DNA from: Syncephalis fuscata S228
Lineage: Eukaryota > Fungi > Zoopagomycota
Length of the DNA stretch: 64,000 nt
Assembly: GCA_025786725.1 (NCBI GenBank)
Contig: JAHLTZ010000007.1
Span: 372,001 to 436,000 of the forward strand
Reading direction: 5' to 3'
A program made the translations under genes and the position numbers. The stretch's first letter is position 1. Each line of letters begins with the position of its first letter. Below are positions 39,720 to 53,075 of the stretch, piece after piece. The notes under the pieces were generated by a model. It made no database searches. It had not been told where the DNA came from and saw nothing but the letters and a program-made list of their open reading frames with translations.

Positions 39720-42700
39720 GCTGAGTTTATTGCTGTTTAGATTACTGAACTTTAGACAAACAGAGTACTGAAATTAAGGTGTATATTATTGCGCTGATAC
39801 GACAAAAATGGAATTGAATAAATAGAATTAGTTAAATGCAACTAATGGACAAGTCATAAACGCAACGCAACGGCTATATATATATGTATTTGCATATGCG
39901 TATACATATATATAGTATAAAACTTACTCACACAGTGTATCGTAGTGGAAACACAGGGGGCTTCAACTTAACAATAGCAATACAAATATAACCGATAAAT
40001 AAACGTAAAAGTTGTAATAGAGGTGTATCGTGTTTGAAAAACAGCCAATGGTCGGAAGGATTAATCCAAAATGAGTTCTCCTTTTTAAATGTTTAACTGG
40101 TTACAAGGATGTGCACTGATATTTCATCATATATTGCTGTATCCTTGTATTCTGGAGTGTTATTACTATTAAAAGTGGTATTACAATAATTAGAGGACAG
40201 TATATGATCTATAGCTGTGTGAAATATCTGAAAGCTATTTGTGAATACAGACATTCCTTGGCCAAGCTTACCTAGGAACGTGCACTTGAATCTACCCTTG
40301 CCAATCTATAATGAAACTCATTAGTGCACGACCAACTGTAAACACCGTATCATCTTTGTTACTTGGGGGCAATATAATATTTGCTCGTGAGGTCTTTTAA
40401 GCCATAGCATCAAATGCTGCCTTGAACACAACCAATCTTTCACCTTATTTGTGTCTCTGTTACCGGCCATGTCTTGTTTGATGCAGCCGTGGTGTATGTC
40501 AGTAACCTGCAATGCATGTAGCTAGCGTGGATCACCGCAATATCTTGGCAATTGAGCTTTGGGCTTTAGAAAATGCACAAATAATTATGTCTAGTATAGC
40601 AACGATCCAAAGTACTACTACCAAATATAAATTGATAAAACGAACATCTATTTATTAATGTATTTATTTTAATAACTTGAGAAAATCAATTAACGTATTA
40701 ACCATCTAAAGAAACGCGAATAGTATAGAATACAATTGTAAAATTTATGCTAATTATACTTATTCAGCAAACTTGTTAATTTTCATAGAAGTACTACATT
40801 AGAATGTTACGAGCATGTCTATACTCGATGTGCTCATGTAATACAAGCATGGAGCACTACCATACCTGGTCAAACTGAATTGCATCAATAAATACTGATA
40901 CAATAGCATGTCATTTGATAGCTGTAATGATGCGAGCGAAACAGTTTCATTTATTATTTAACGATGATTAATCATCGGCCATTTCCTAACCCATTTGGAT
41001 TTTTGAAAGCAGTGTAGCAGGATGGTTAGAGAGGAGGACCATTGTTATACAAAATTCATTTTTTAGTAATAAAACAAGTTTAAAGCACTCATCGATGTGT
41101 ATCAAATGGCTTGCTGCAAATCAAGCACTTGCCAGCTATAACCTCACGTTGTCGTTGTTGTTAGTTCATAACCGAATATTCGGAGAATACCAACAGCCAA
41201 ACAGTTCTCTACTCAGCTACGTGATAGATGATGGTTGACTTTTTGGGCGGTGGCGGTATTTTAACCTGGCCAGTACATGCTTACGATTGGCTCGTAGATC
41301 CGCGGAGAATCGACCAACCATTGAGGCAAGGCCTAAAATGCACTACTATTTCCGGCCACACCAGCATAGATTGACCATGCGAATAGAGAAAGAGAGAACG
41401 AGAAAGTGTGAGTGAGTGAGTGGAGTGAACAAACGACACCACACTCGCTCATGCTCTTGATAACAGGAATATTTTCGCAAACAGTTTCCTCATTTTGTCG
41501 TTCATCGTTTTCTCGTCATTGTGTTTGCGTTATTGCTGGTTAGTTGTATCTCGCGTGCTTCTCGTTCGTTCACGCAGCCGCTGTCCCCTTTTCTACTTGC
41601 ACCACTAAACGGTAGTTGAGCTTCTTTGGACGCCTTCTATTATTATTATTACTATTACTGCTTCTATACTACTATTACTACTATTACTATTACACTATTA
41701 TTGTTTCTACTTAGTCTCTTTATTATCGGTGTCTCTCCACCTTACACATCTCCACTACTAGTACAGTGATTGTTGCAGCAATACGTGTTGGCCTTTAATT
41801 CCAGTGATTAGTTTTGTCCATTATATGTATGTAATCCACGTCATATAGATGAAACTGGCGTCCTAAACACTTGCCAAACAACATAACTAGCCTCTTTTGC
41901 TATAGCTAACTCAATTACGTATTCTTCTATTTGTTGCTTAGTTCTAGTTTATTCTTAGAATATTCTTGCTGTTACTTTTTGTTTCAAGGTAAGTAGTCTA
42001 GTCTGGATAGCGCGTGTACATTATTTATGCAAACATTTGTACATTGTGATGATTATTATGGTGCTTATTTGTGCTCGTACTTGTACTATTACGATCGTTT
42101 GTATTATGGTTGTTTGTATTATCATATCATTGTATCATTATTACGCGCTGTATTTATTTGATATGGTGGGGCAACGAGGGACTATAACTCAATTAATAGC
42201 CCATAAAGCAGTTGTATTGCGGTTCAGGCATGTTCTGATGAAATTGGCTGTGTTCCACGTGACATGCTGAAGAATATGTGCCGTTTTTCTTTAATATGGA
42301 GAAGACACGAAGGATTTCCTATCCAAAAACGTTTCAAATGCACATCTTAGCATGGCGGATTGGCCTATTTCATGGTTTGAACAAAAAACTGAGGTTTATT
42401 CCATTATCATCTATTCTGAATACAACGACAACGACACTCTGGTTTACTGATTTTATTCTCTCTCGGTCTCTCGTGCGCTTTCTCTCTCTCTCTCTCTTGC
42501 TTGATTTATTCATTTCTGCATAAGTAGCTAGGTATAGCTTGTTAGTTTCTAATTGATAAGTAGGTAATATTACAATGTGTTGTCTTGTTGATTCGACCGG
42601 TTTAATATAGATACGGTCATGTATCATTGTTTGTATATACATCGCACATACGTGTGTGTAGCCGATACTGTACACCTCGGCATGGCTACGCTGTAGTGCT

Positions 42701-43753
42701 ATTGTCCCCTGCAATGAGAATGCGCGACAGGTTTGTTTAAACAACAAAACAACAAATAGCTATGAGGTCAGTCGCTGAAACGACGTTGCCTGATGTTGTA
42801 AACATGTCTGCTGCTAGTTTCGTTATGTTTCCAGCCAAACTGGCAAACAACCTATTGTAAACCACCACTCTTTACTATTCATATCATCTATTCATAGCTA
42901 TAATTTACTCCACATCTTCGACATGGTCTTTATGACTTTTATATCTCGAATAGAGTTATCATGGGTATTGTCTAATGGGATCCTCCTTTTCCAGCTAATC
43001 GTTTTCACTCTATCAATTTTCAACTTCTTCCCCTTATCCCTTTCTTAAATCGTTCTTTCACACTACACCCACTTGTCTATTTTCCTGTAACTTTGTCGGT
43101 GAACCCAATCAGCCAACCAACAGCTGTCGTGGTTTTCTTTTGTCCTAGTAGTAGGCGTGTGTTTGTCTCTTTTTCTCTCTTTATTGCTTTTCTACAATTG
43201 ACTACTCTAACTACTTACACTTCTTTTGCGCATCTGACGCCTATCGTCTCATCTATTTACTTTCACACACACAAACACACACAAAATATCGCTTATTACA
43301 AGGCACTGCCATCCATTTATTACATCTTTGTTCCGGGAACAGCGATTCTGTTAAAGAACTATCATTACTAGCGTATAGTTTGTAAACCTTGCTCTTTATC
43401 AATTACTTTCAATTTATCGCTATTACACAGGTGGGATCTAGTTGGTGAACTGCGACGGTTATGCTACAGTGTGTAGATTTGTTTTATGTCATCTTACATA
43501 GACGTGCATATACTACACATCACACTGTTTATGATATTTCTGCGGTGTTCTTTATTACTTGATAAATACACGCGGCCACAATACAAATAGTATTGCTACA
43601 CAAATATTATTAAAACGTCATCAATACCTTGAATTGCTATTAATATGCAAATAACTCATTTTATTACTTGTAATGCGTGGAGCTACTAATATAATATACT
43701 AACGTTATTTTTTAATACTATATTAGATTATTTCCTATTGATTTCTCCTAGTC

Positions 43754-44797
43754 ATGGCCTCTAAAGCTCAATTTCTCAGAGAATACAAGCTCGTTGTTGT
43801 TGGCGGAGGTGGTAAGTAAGCGATGAGCTATCGGCAAATCTATTTGGCAATATCCGTGGTCAAATGGCTGCGGATGAAGCATTGCCGTCTATACCATTCT
43901 ATGCATACACTATGCACGCATATCCTGCATCCTTATTAATCATGCCATTTTGTCACATATTGTCTTTGTCGATCATTATAGGTGTGGGTAAATCTGCTCT
44001 GACCATTCAATTTATTCAGTCGCACTTTGTTGATGAATATGATCCAACCATTGAAGGTAAGCTAAAACAAAATTGTGTAAACTAGCAAGTTTAAATATAT
44101 TGACTCATTGGGCTATGTTAATTCAGATTCGTATCGTAAACAATGCGTAATTGATGATGAAGTTGCATTGCTGGATGTACTCGATACTGCCGGCCAGGAA
44201 GAATACAGGTGAGAAAATCGGGACAGTGCAATAAATAGTGGCGTGTTACTGTTGTTTATTATAGAGCGAATAAACTAACCTATTATTGTTGTATAGCGCA
44301 ATGCGTGAGCAATATATGCGTTCTGGCGAAGGCTTTTTGTTAGTATATAGCATTACTGCCCGCGATTCTTACGAGGAAATTGCTACCTTCCATCAGCAGA
44401 TTTTGCGTGTCAAAGACAAGGACTTTTTCCCAATGATTGTTGTTGGTAACAAGTGTGATCTTGAAGCCGAACGTCAAGTTTCTAATCAAGGTAGGATAAA
44501 GTTTTATTAATGGCTATTAGCAATTATATTTATATTCGATAAAAAAATGACTAATTATAATTATGATAATTGCTATTAATAGAGGGACGCGAACTTGCCA
44601 AACATTGGAAATGCCGATTTATCGAGACTTCTGCCAAACAAAAGATTAACGTTGACGAAGCATTTTATTTCTTGGTACGTGAAATCAGACAGTTTACCGC
44701 TGCATCCTCCCCTAATGGCGGCGGTGCTGCCGACGGTTCACGTCCAGATGGCCACAACGAGGACAATGACGGCTGTGGCTGCTGTATCGTGATGTAA
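43754..44797 (+). CDS. RAS1: Ras GTPase
   Basis: [62 protein letters not shown]; 4 introns. Confidence 0.96.
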
Positions 44798-45499
44798 GCC
44801 GGTGCATGCACATCACGAATACGCTTAGACTAGCTGAATACTTGCTGTGTGATTATATCACTTGTTCGCCCTATATGTGACTGCCTTACGCACAGGTGGC
44901 AGTTGATTCAAATTCTATACCGCGCAATGTCTTTTATGTACCAATGCGCGTCTTTCCTATATTCTCGTCTTTTGTTTGTTGATCATCGCTGTTTGCTGAA
45001 ATATGGTGTTTCCCCACCACTATCCGGCAGTTATTATTGCGCGCGTATTCTGTGGGGCATGATTAATATACCGTGTGATATGGTGCTCGTAATCATTGCT
45101 GCTACTGCAACCTCTCTAGTGCTATAGTTGTCATTTCTATTGTCGTTAGTTATTACAAATTTCAACAGTTTTACAGAAATGTCTATTTTATCACAATATA
45201 TTGTCTGGACAGTTAAATTAGTATATGAACAATTACTGTTTTTGTTTAAAACAAAGTAAAATAGCATAAATGCAAACAATATAACGCTTATAACACATTC
45301 TTCTGAACACTGCAGTAGATGTGCCAGTAAACGCTGATTTATCATCAAAGAAAATTGACAATGCAATTGTACTCGTTCATAAAAGTCATAATGAATGATT
45401 AAATTATTCTACTTTATTAATAATGGCATGATGCACGGATAAGAAGAAAAGCACTTTTAAAGTCATAGCTTAGAATTATATACTAATATAAATAGGAAG

Positions 45500-47278
45500 A
45501 GTAGATTTTATTTCATGTCCATCAATACAATTGTGACAGTGTGTGATAAACTAACATACCGCTAAGATTCACGTGCCATCATAGGATATATATTGTGTAT
45601 TCAGTCTAGTGCTTTTACTTGTTATTAAAATAAAAATGTAGCTGCAAGCTATTAGAGTATTATCAATTCAAATGAATAACTGAATAAAGTGTTGGAATAT
45701 TAATGATAAAGTATAGTATGTGGATGTGGTAGGATCAAGTGAAGCAAATCAAAATCTACAAAGAATACAATCAACAACAATAAATGATTCTACCAATAAG
45801 CGTAATTAATGAAATAAACAAATAAAAGCAAATGAATGAGTATTAATAATAATCAAGTGATAATCTATACGACTGAATAAGACTAATGAATTAAAATTAA
45901 TTGAATTTTATAATAAATACAGTTAGTAATAAATGAATTGTTTTATTAGTAAAAATGGCCAGTATATAGTAAAATGAGTATAGGTTGGAGATAAATTTAA
46001 AAGTTAAAAAATAATGCAACATGCAAATAGAATGCTACGGATAACATAAGTAATTACATACTTTTAAGCTATTATATAACAGTGATGTTTTGTAGTAATA
46101 ATGACTGGCTTGGTACATAAGCTTATGATAAACTGCACTCAATGGCATGTAAATGAGGCTGAAACTATTTTAGTAATACAAATAGAAACACAGTAGCACT
46201 ATTATGACAGTAGAATAAACAGACGAGTGTAGTGGTAATATGGCATTGTTTATTAGTTATGCCGTTGACATGTAGTAAAGCTGATTTCTTTTTAAAGACA
46301 TTTATCATTTGAATTGAACTACAAGAGTGAACATCAACAACACTGCTAATAGCATAGCTTTAAGTATTCATGCTAGAATGGAATTAAGCGCAGTGGCTGA
46401 ATAAAGAATAGACAGTTTGAGGCAAGAGTAAAGTAATTGTAGGGCAGTCCAGCTATGTAAACAGCAACTTTTGTTAGCTGCCAGTAGCATCACAAAACAA
46501 CGAGCAATAGAAGCACTCATGGGTATTCATATAATGTATTTATCGTCTAAAAGCACCTATTTACTTTGATAAAATAATAAAAGACTCAAATACAAATAGT
46601 GAGAAATGACGCGTATTTAAATATAGGTTGGTAAAACATAGAGTCATGAAATCCAACCAACGGCTAGTCATGGGCACTGATGCTGGTTATACTACTAAAT
46701 CAAAACAACCAACGCGATAGTAATAGAGTCAATATGGACTCATGCAATTTCCAAGCGGCGGACTGTATTCATGATGATATTTAAAAATGGCCGGTAAAAT
46801 AACGAGTGTAGGAAGGAAATAAGCAAGAATAAATAAAAACTACTTTATGTCAGAGTGTAGCATATTATAAAATATATTAGCTTTCAGCACATTAGAAAAA
46901 GTAAATATTAAATTGAATTGAATTATATAAATCAGTCTGTTTAAAAACAAGTATTTACAAACATAAATTATTCAACCTAGACGCATTCGACTTGCAGCCA
47001 ATCGCATTGTTCAGTTTGGCTCAAAGGCCTCTCCTGTTGCAAGCGACTACTTTGTCTATTTGTTTTACTTCCGCCATGTCAGCACAGAACAATGACACAC
47101 TGCCGAAGATATGGCAAATCAGCGATATAGTCCACCATATAGCAATGTTTAGTGAAGCAGCTACCACGGTTGCTTTGTCACGCACTTGTAAATTGTTGTA
47201 TAATTCTATTATTACCTACAATGGTCTATGGCACAAACTGTATCAAGAACACTTCCCTCGTGATATTGAAACGGATAT
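45500..47278. repeat. Right arm of the ~1.8 kb inverted repeat
   Basis: Reverse complement of 34521-36297. Confidence 0.95.
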
Positions 47279-48663
47279 CGATTGATTACAGTGGCAGCCA
47301 GAACAAGAGCGAAGAGCGCCAAAGGAAATAACTGACGTTGAAAGTAAACTTTTACCAAAGCTTACTTGGTTTCGACGCTACAAGCAGCGTATTAAAATGG
47401 GCATAAATTGCCAAAAAACAAGTCAGCATCAACAACCCATCTAACTCCTGCTATGGTAGATGAATTGACAAATATAAGTTTTTGTGGCAATGCAATCGTT
47501 GCAATATATTCTGATTGGATTGCAATAACAGATAATTATAACACAATGGTTGTATTGCTTAAACTCTCAACGAAGAATACAGTTGAATTGCAGTCATTAA
47601 ATTGGGGCAAAGATTATTTTAGTAAAATAGAAAGCATAGCATTTTATCAATGCCAACAACAGGCAGATGACATTGATGAAAATATGCATTTAATTATTTG
47701 TTTGAAATATTATAAAAACTATTTGATACACTTCAAATATGGGACGCAATAGTTGCAAACTATTACGTTTTATTGACCTTGATGGTCATTGGAACGGTAG
47801 AATTATAGGTACATTTTTGTTGGTCTCCAACTCACAGCATAGTAATTCGCCCAATAATTCACAACTGTCCCATTATGATCGGCTAGTCTATAATATTGGT
47901 TCAACAGTACAACCATGTGAACCTCAATCCATCATCCTTCCAAACGCCGGCAATTTACATAGCCACAGAATACATACAAAAATAATAGCAAAACAATACT
48001 CACACAATACTACAATAGCGAATACAAACTCAACTATCAAATAATTCGCGTGCTATTGGCACCTGATACAGATTCTGAAATGGTTGATGATGATACAAAG
48101 CAGATGACTACAATTGCATCAGGCCATATAACGCTTCCCAATTTTACAAAACACTGGACTCTAGGATTTTATTTAATTGATTGCAATCGCATATTAATTC
48201 ATTACAATAATCGCCTAATCAATGAGACATTGAGTAATAACACAAAAAATCACCAACGCTACATTAGAGTAATATCTTTAAGCAAAGGTACCATTTTGAG
48301 TGCAACTATTCAGCGAACGGATTTGAAGAATTAGTTTAATCTTAACACATAATTTGGTTTTATTTTGCTTGTGCAAATATTCATTGTTGGTTGTTGTTTC
48401 ATTATTGAATGGGGAGATTCTGCATGAAATTAATATAATGGAGTTTATGAATGGATTTTGTAATTTTCAGCATCTTATTGCCACAAAAATTGTCAGTTAT
48501 AAGTATTCCAACGATTATTATTGTATTATTGATGCTGTAACAGGTAGCGTGGACATTCATAAATTTACAATATCAAAGGTACAGCATCGTACATTTGCAT
48601 TCGGCCGTATGCTATTGATGAATGAAGAGACAACGCTTATTACAAGTTTATACCTGGAATTAG
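47076..48663 (+). pseudogene. F-box-like paralog of 33117-34723, disrupted
   Basis: N-terminus nearly identical, then TGA at 47283 where the paralog has TGG, and several frameshifts. Shared blocks: SIAFYQ.QQQ, VISLSKG, YCIIDA.TGSV, F.ISKVQ. Confidence 0.75.
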
Positions 48664-48849
48664 TTAAATTGATTAGACAATCGGAACTATTTTACTTTGA
48701 CTTCCACGTTTTGAGCTCAAAGCAAAATTCGTTCCAATCAAAGTCGCACAGTTATACGCAACAAACATGATTATATTGCTTTCTATTAAAATATTGCTAA
48801 TAAATTAATTTAAATAAACAATGTAACATACTATTTGATTTTATTGAAA

Positions 48850-49330
48850 CATTTGAGGTTGATCATTGTTGTTGTTGGCCATGTGTAAAAAGATTGATCG
48901 AATATTAATAGAAGCCATATGATTGCGATTTCATGTCATTCCGCATTTGTTGTTATTGCATCTGAATAGTTTCTTTTATTTTCTAATATTCTACTATTCC
49001 ATTTTGGGTATATCTGTGATGTAAAATCAAAATTAATATAATTATTATAAAGGTTGTTTATTAAACAGCCATTTCCACTATAGCTAATTTAACTAAATAA
49101 ATAGCATTTGAACAATAATATCATAGATGACAATATATATACTAAAACAATAATAAAAATGATTAGCTAATTAAATTATTATACTGATAATTACACATGA
49201 ATCAATTAATGTTGAATGTAATATCATACATGTTATAATGATGAATGAGTGTTTAATTGTGTCTAAAAATATTAAGAATATGAAGTAAAATGAGCAAATA
49301 AAAAATGCGAAATCAAAAAATAGTAGCTCC
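48850..49330 (-). mobile_element. Highly decayed copy of the 23450-24174 Fanzor element
   Basis: Reverse complement of 48850-48975 matches 23945-24070 (aatcgcaatcatatg..tattaatattcg..catggccaacaacaa). Reverse complement of 49280-49330 (ggagctactattttttgatttcgcatttttt) matches the left end at 23443. Confidence 0.75.
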
Positions 49331-49836
49331 ATCCCCTTTAAACAGATATCGCATAGATTAACTGGCGCGATTGTTATGTTTACAATAAGACCTGCGTCTC
49401 CCTTTGGTAAACACCCCCTTTCTGGTACGGCCCCTTTGTTGTTTAATTATTAGATTTAAGGGGAAATGAAGTATACCAGTAAATTTGATGGAAAGCTCAT
49501 TTAGCACTGACATTTCATGCAAAGCTGCTAGATCGATGTACCTATGCATTGAAAGGAATGCGTTTTTGAAGACCCAGACAATGATGCTTTAGGCATACTC
49601 GTCTAATGGACTACTCCTTCTTTCTGTACTATTTCCACAAATATTATTGAGTATAGTTTTGAAATATTGACAATAACCATTTATTTTATATCTAGTTATT
49701 GATTGATCCAAGATATTGTTTTTATTTTAGCAAAGTGTATAATAACTTTAAAACAAACTTTAAAATTAGTTATATATACTATTGGTATTATAGCTATAAT
49801 CATAGTTATTGGTAAAGGGAGTGTGCTGTAGGCGAA

Positions 49837-52798
49837 ATGCTTTCGCAAAAAGATCAAGATGAGTCAATGCCTCGTCACGAGCATAGAACGCCTAGTCAAT
49901 TAGAAATAGCAGCAGCACCATCTCCATCTAATAATACTATACTAAGACCGGGTATGCTAACCTCTGGTACATTTGGACCAATGACCGAAGTTGCACCTAT
50001 GTCGCATTTAATATCGGCCGAAAATGTTGCTAATATAGCTGCTGCCAACGTGGCTTTTTCTGTCGTACGTTCGGATTCAAATGGCTCCACCAGGATATCA
50101 GTTGATTCAGCTACTCGCGATGCATCCTATAGATCGCGTAAATTGCCTGGTAAATCTACCACGCCCCGAAAATTATTTAATAATAAGCAGGTCGGTTTGG
50201 CTCCTTCACCATCGCCCAGTGATATAGGACTAGGTATTACATATTCGGCACCTTCCAGTCCCACCGTATCCACGATGGCTGAGTCTCCAGCGCCAACCAG
50301 CGATTTCACCACTAGTCCTACTTACAACGTAGTACAGACACGGTGTTTATCAAGTCGTTTTCCTAAACATCAAATATCATTAGACAATAGTGCAGCTGTA
50401 GTTCAGGTTGAAGCCATACAGGCATTTACAAACGTTAGAACGCCCGAATCTGCTACTATTGCAACCGACAGATTGAACCGTAGTATAGCAACAAAGCAAA
50501 GCCAAACTTTTTACGACGGCAATTTGGCAATCAAACTAATAACAATAATAATAGTAATAATAATAATAGTAGTAGTGGTAATAGTGGTAATAGTAGTGAT
50601 TCATCCTACGAAAGCCAGGCCCGTGAACTTTCAGGTTGGAGTAGAACTTGCCAAAGTGTACACAGCAGCCAAGTGAATAGTATTTATAATTCACGAGGTG
50701 CTACCAATACTCATCACGCAACCAAGAAACAGTCACGTTTTTTAGCTTTAACTTCCAAAATTGGTGGTTCATTACGACGATTTTTGGCGTTTGTAGGACC
50801 AGGATTTAGTAAGTGGCTAAAATAATTTACAAGCTATACTAAGCAATATTATAATAAATTTTACACAGTGGTAGCCATTGGTTATTTAGATTCTGGTCAC
50901 TGGGCATCAGATTTGGCTGGTAAGTCAATGATATATACAAATTAATATTACTAAATTTATAATTAGCTGGTTCACGTTTTGGATATTCTTTATTATTCAT
51001 TTTGCTAATTTCCAATTTGGCTGCCTGTCTTTTTCAATCGATGGCGGCCCGTTTAGGAGTAGTTACCGGGCGTGACTTGGCGGAAATGTGTCGTATTGAA
51101 TTTCCAAAATGGATATATTGGCCATTATATGTCATAAATGAGCTTGGCATCTTTGCCATCGAATTAACAGAGGTAATAGGCAGTGCAGTTGCCATCGAGC
51201 TACTTTTTGGTGTACCATTACCGATAGGAATATGTATTACTTCATTGGATGTATTTGTTCTACTGTTGGCTTATCGACCACAACGTAGCCTTTGGTCGGT
51301 ACGATTTATTGAATGTCTGGCCATTGCCATGATCATTGGCGTTGGTGCGTGTCTTGTGGCACTATTAAAGCATGCACAACCAGTATTCAGCAAGGTTGCA
51401 TCAGGTTTACTTCCCGATAGTGCAGTGATGCAGATAGAACAAGGTCGATTATTTGTGGCCATGGCGCTCATCGGAGCCACAGTTATGCCACATAATTTAT
51501 TTTTGCACTCTCATGCAGTAAAAGCACGAGTCTACGAATCAAAATCCTCGCCAGAAATATTTGATAATGATTCTCTGGATTCTAAGCGTAATTCTATATT
51601 GTATTGTAGTCCAGTGCAACCATCGGAGCTTCAGAAAAAACCAAAATATAGAACACCAAAAAATCTTCGTCGCGCTATCTGCTACTCAATCATCGACTCA
51701 AGTTTGGCATTGACTATCGCTCTATTAATCAACATGTCCGTTCTAATTTTGGCTGGCACTACATTCTATGACCAAAGTAGTGAAATTGCACACTCACTTA
51801 AAGGTGGTGACTCAAATAACAGTAAAAGTATAGAAATAGTAGATTTGTATGATGCCCATAGATTAATAGGTAGACAATTGGGCAAAGGTGCCGCAACATT
51901 GTTTGCCGTGGCATTGTTAGTTGCAGGACAGTGCGGTGCAGTGATTAGCACTATTGCAGGCCAATCTATTATGGAAGGCTTTATTCGCTGGCGATGCTCA
52001 CCTATTTTACGACGTTTAATAACTCGTATATGTGCGATGATACCTGCAATGATCATTGCGTCAACAGCAGGAAGAGACGGGATTATGCGATTGTTGGTGT
52101 TTAGCCATGTAGTACTGGGTATACAGGTACCATTTGCAATTATCCCGCTTGTTTGGTTCACCGGAAAGGCAAGAATTATGCGATCGACACACCAAGAATT
52201 GCCACCTAGTAACACCAACATATCGCCTACTGTCATTGTATCGTCGCCGGAAATGGGACATACTCCTTACTCTAACAAAGTACCTCATTTACCGCAGTTC
52301 AGCAAAGCAGTTTTAGATGGAAGCGGAAACTTTTATGATCAACGTAATGTTTCTGGACCTGCTCGAATTCCATTATCATATGCCATAACAAAAGAAATTC
52401 TATTTGATAGAGATGATGAAATGCAGCAGCTTAACTTAGGCAACGAACTAACTACACCCATCATTCCTATGGCGGAGAATTCGGCACGCCGCAGTAGTCA
52501 GCTTATGCATCCATACGATGTATATACGGATAGTCAAAATGAAACTACATCTGCACATCTATCGTTGGACAACACCACGCTAGCAACTACAGATATTAAT
52601 AGGAAGTTACAGCACAATTGCTTTGATTATTCCTATGATAATTTACACAACGGCTATAATACAAAAGATGTTTCAACTGAAGAAAATACATCAGTGGAGA
52701 GTTATAAAGCCGCGCTATGGCAGCAAGTGCTTGGTTGGTTAGTTGGTGGAGGTATAGCAGCAATTGCTATTGCACTTATTATTATTATTATTATTTAG
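49837..52798 (+). CDS. Divergent NRAMP-family protein with long Ser/Thr-rich extensions
   Basis: FVGPGL, GYLDSGHWASDLA, GATVMPHNLFLHS, AGQSIMEGF. Intron positions are shared with the NRAMP at 37694-39719. Frameshift near 50510. Confidence 0.9.
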
Positions 52799-53075
52799 TT
52801 TATTCAACAACTGCTTGGTTTATTTCAACAATTTAAAATAATAGCTATACAAAGCAGAATATCAGCTATTTTATATATAAAGCAACTTAAGTAATTAAAC
52901 AGGATTAAATACAGCACATCATTTGTAATTTACAACTATTGTTCAAGTGATCTATTAAAATGTACTAATTATGCACCACTTTTCAAATTAATTCAAATGA
53001 GTGTTTATTTAATTCAATCATGATCATAATTAAAAGCAGTTTATTGCAAATTACACAATAATTGCCCGATATACT

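Noticed and set aside
42037-43371. Several 70-125 aa ORFs upstream of Ras, and antisense ORFs over known genes
   Set aside because: Low-complexity or shadow ORFs without motifs
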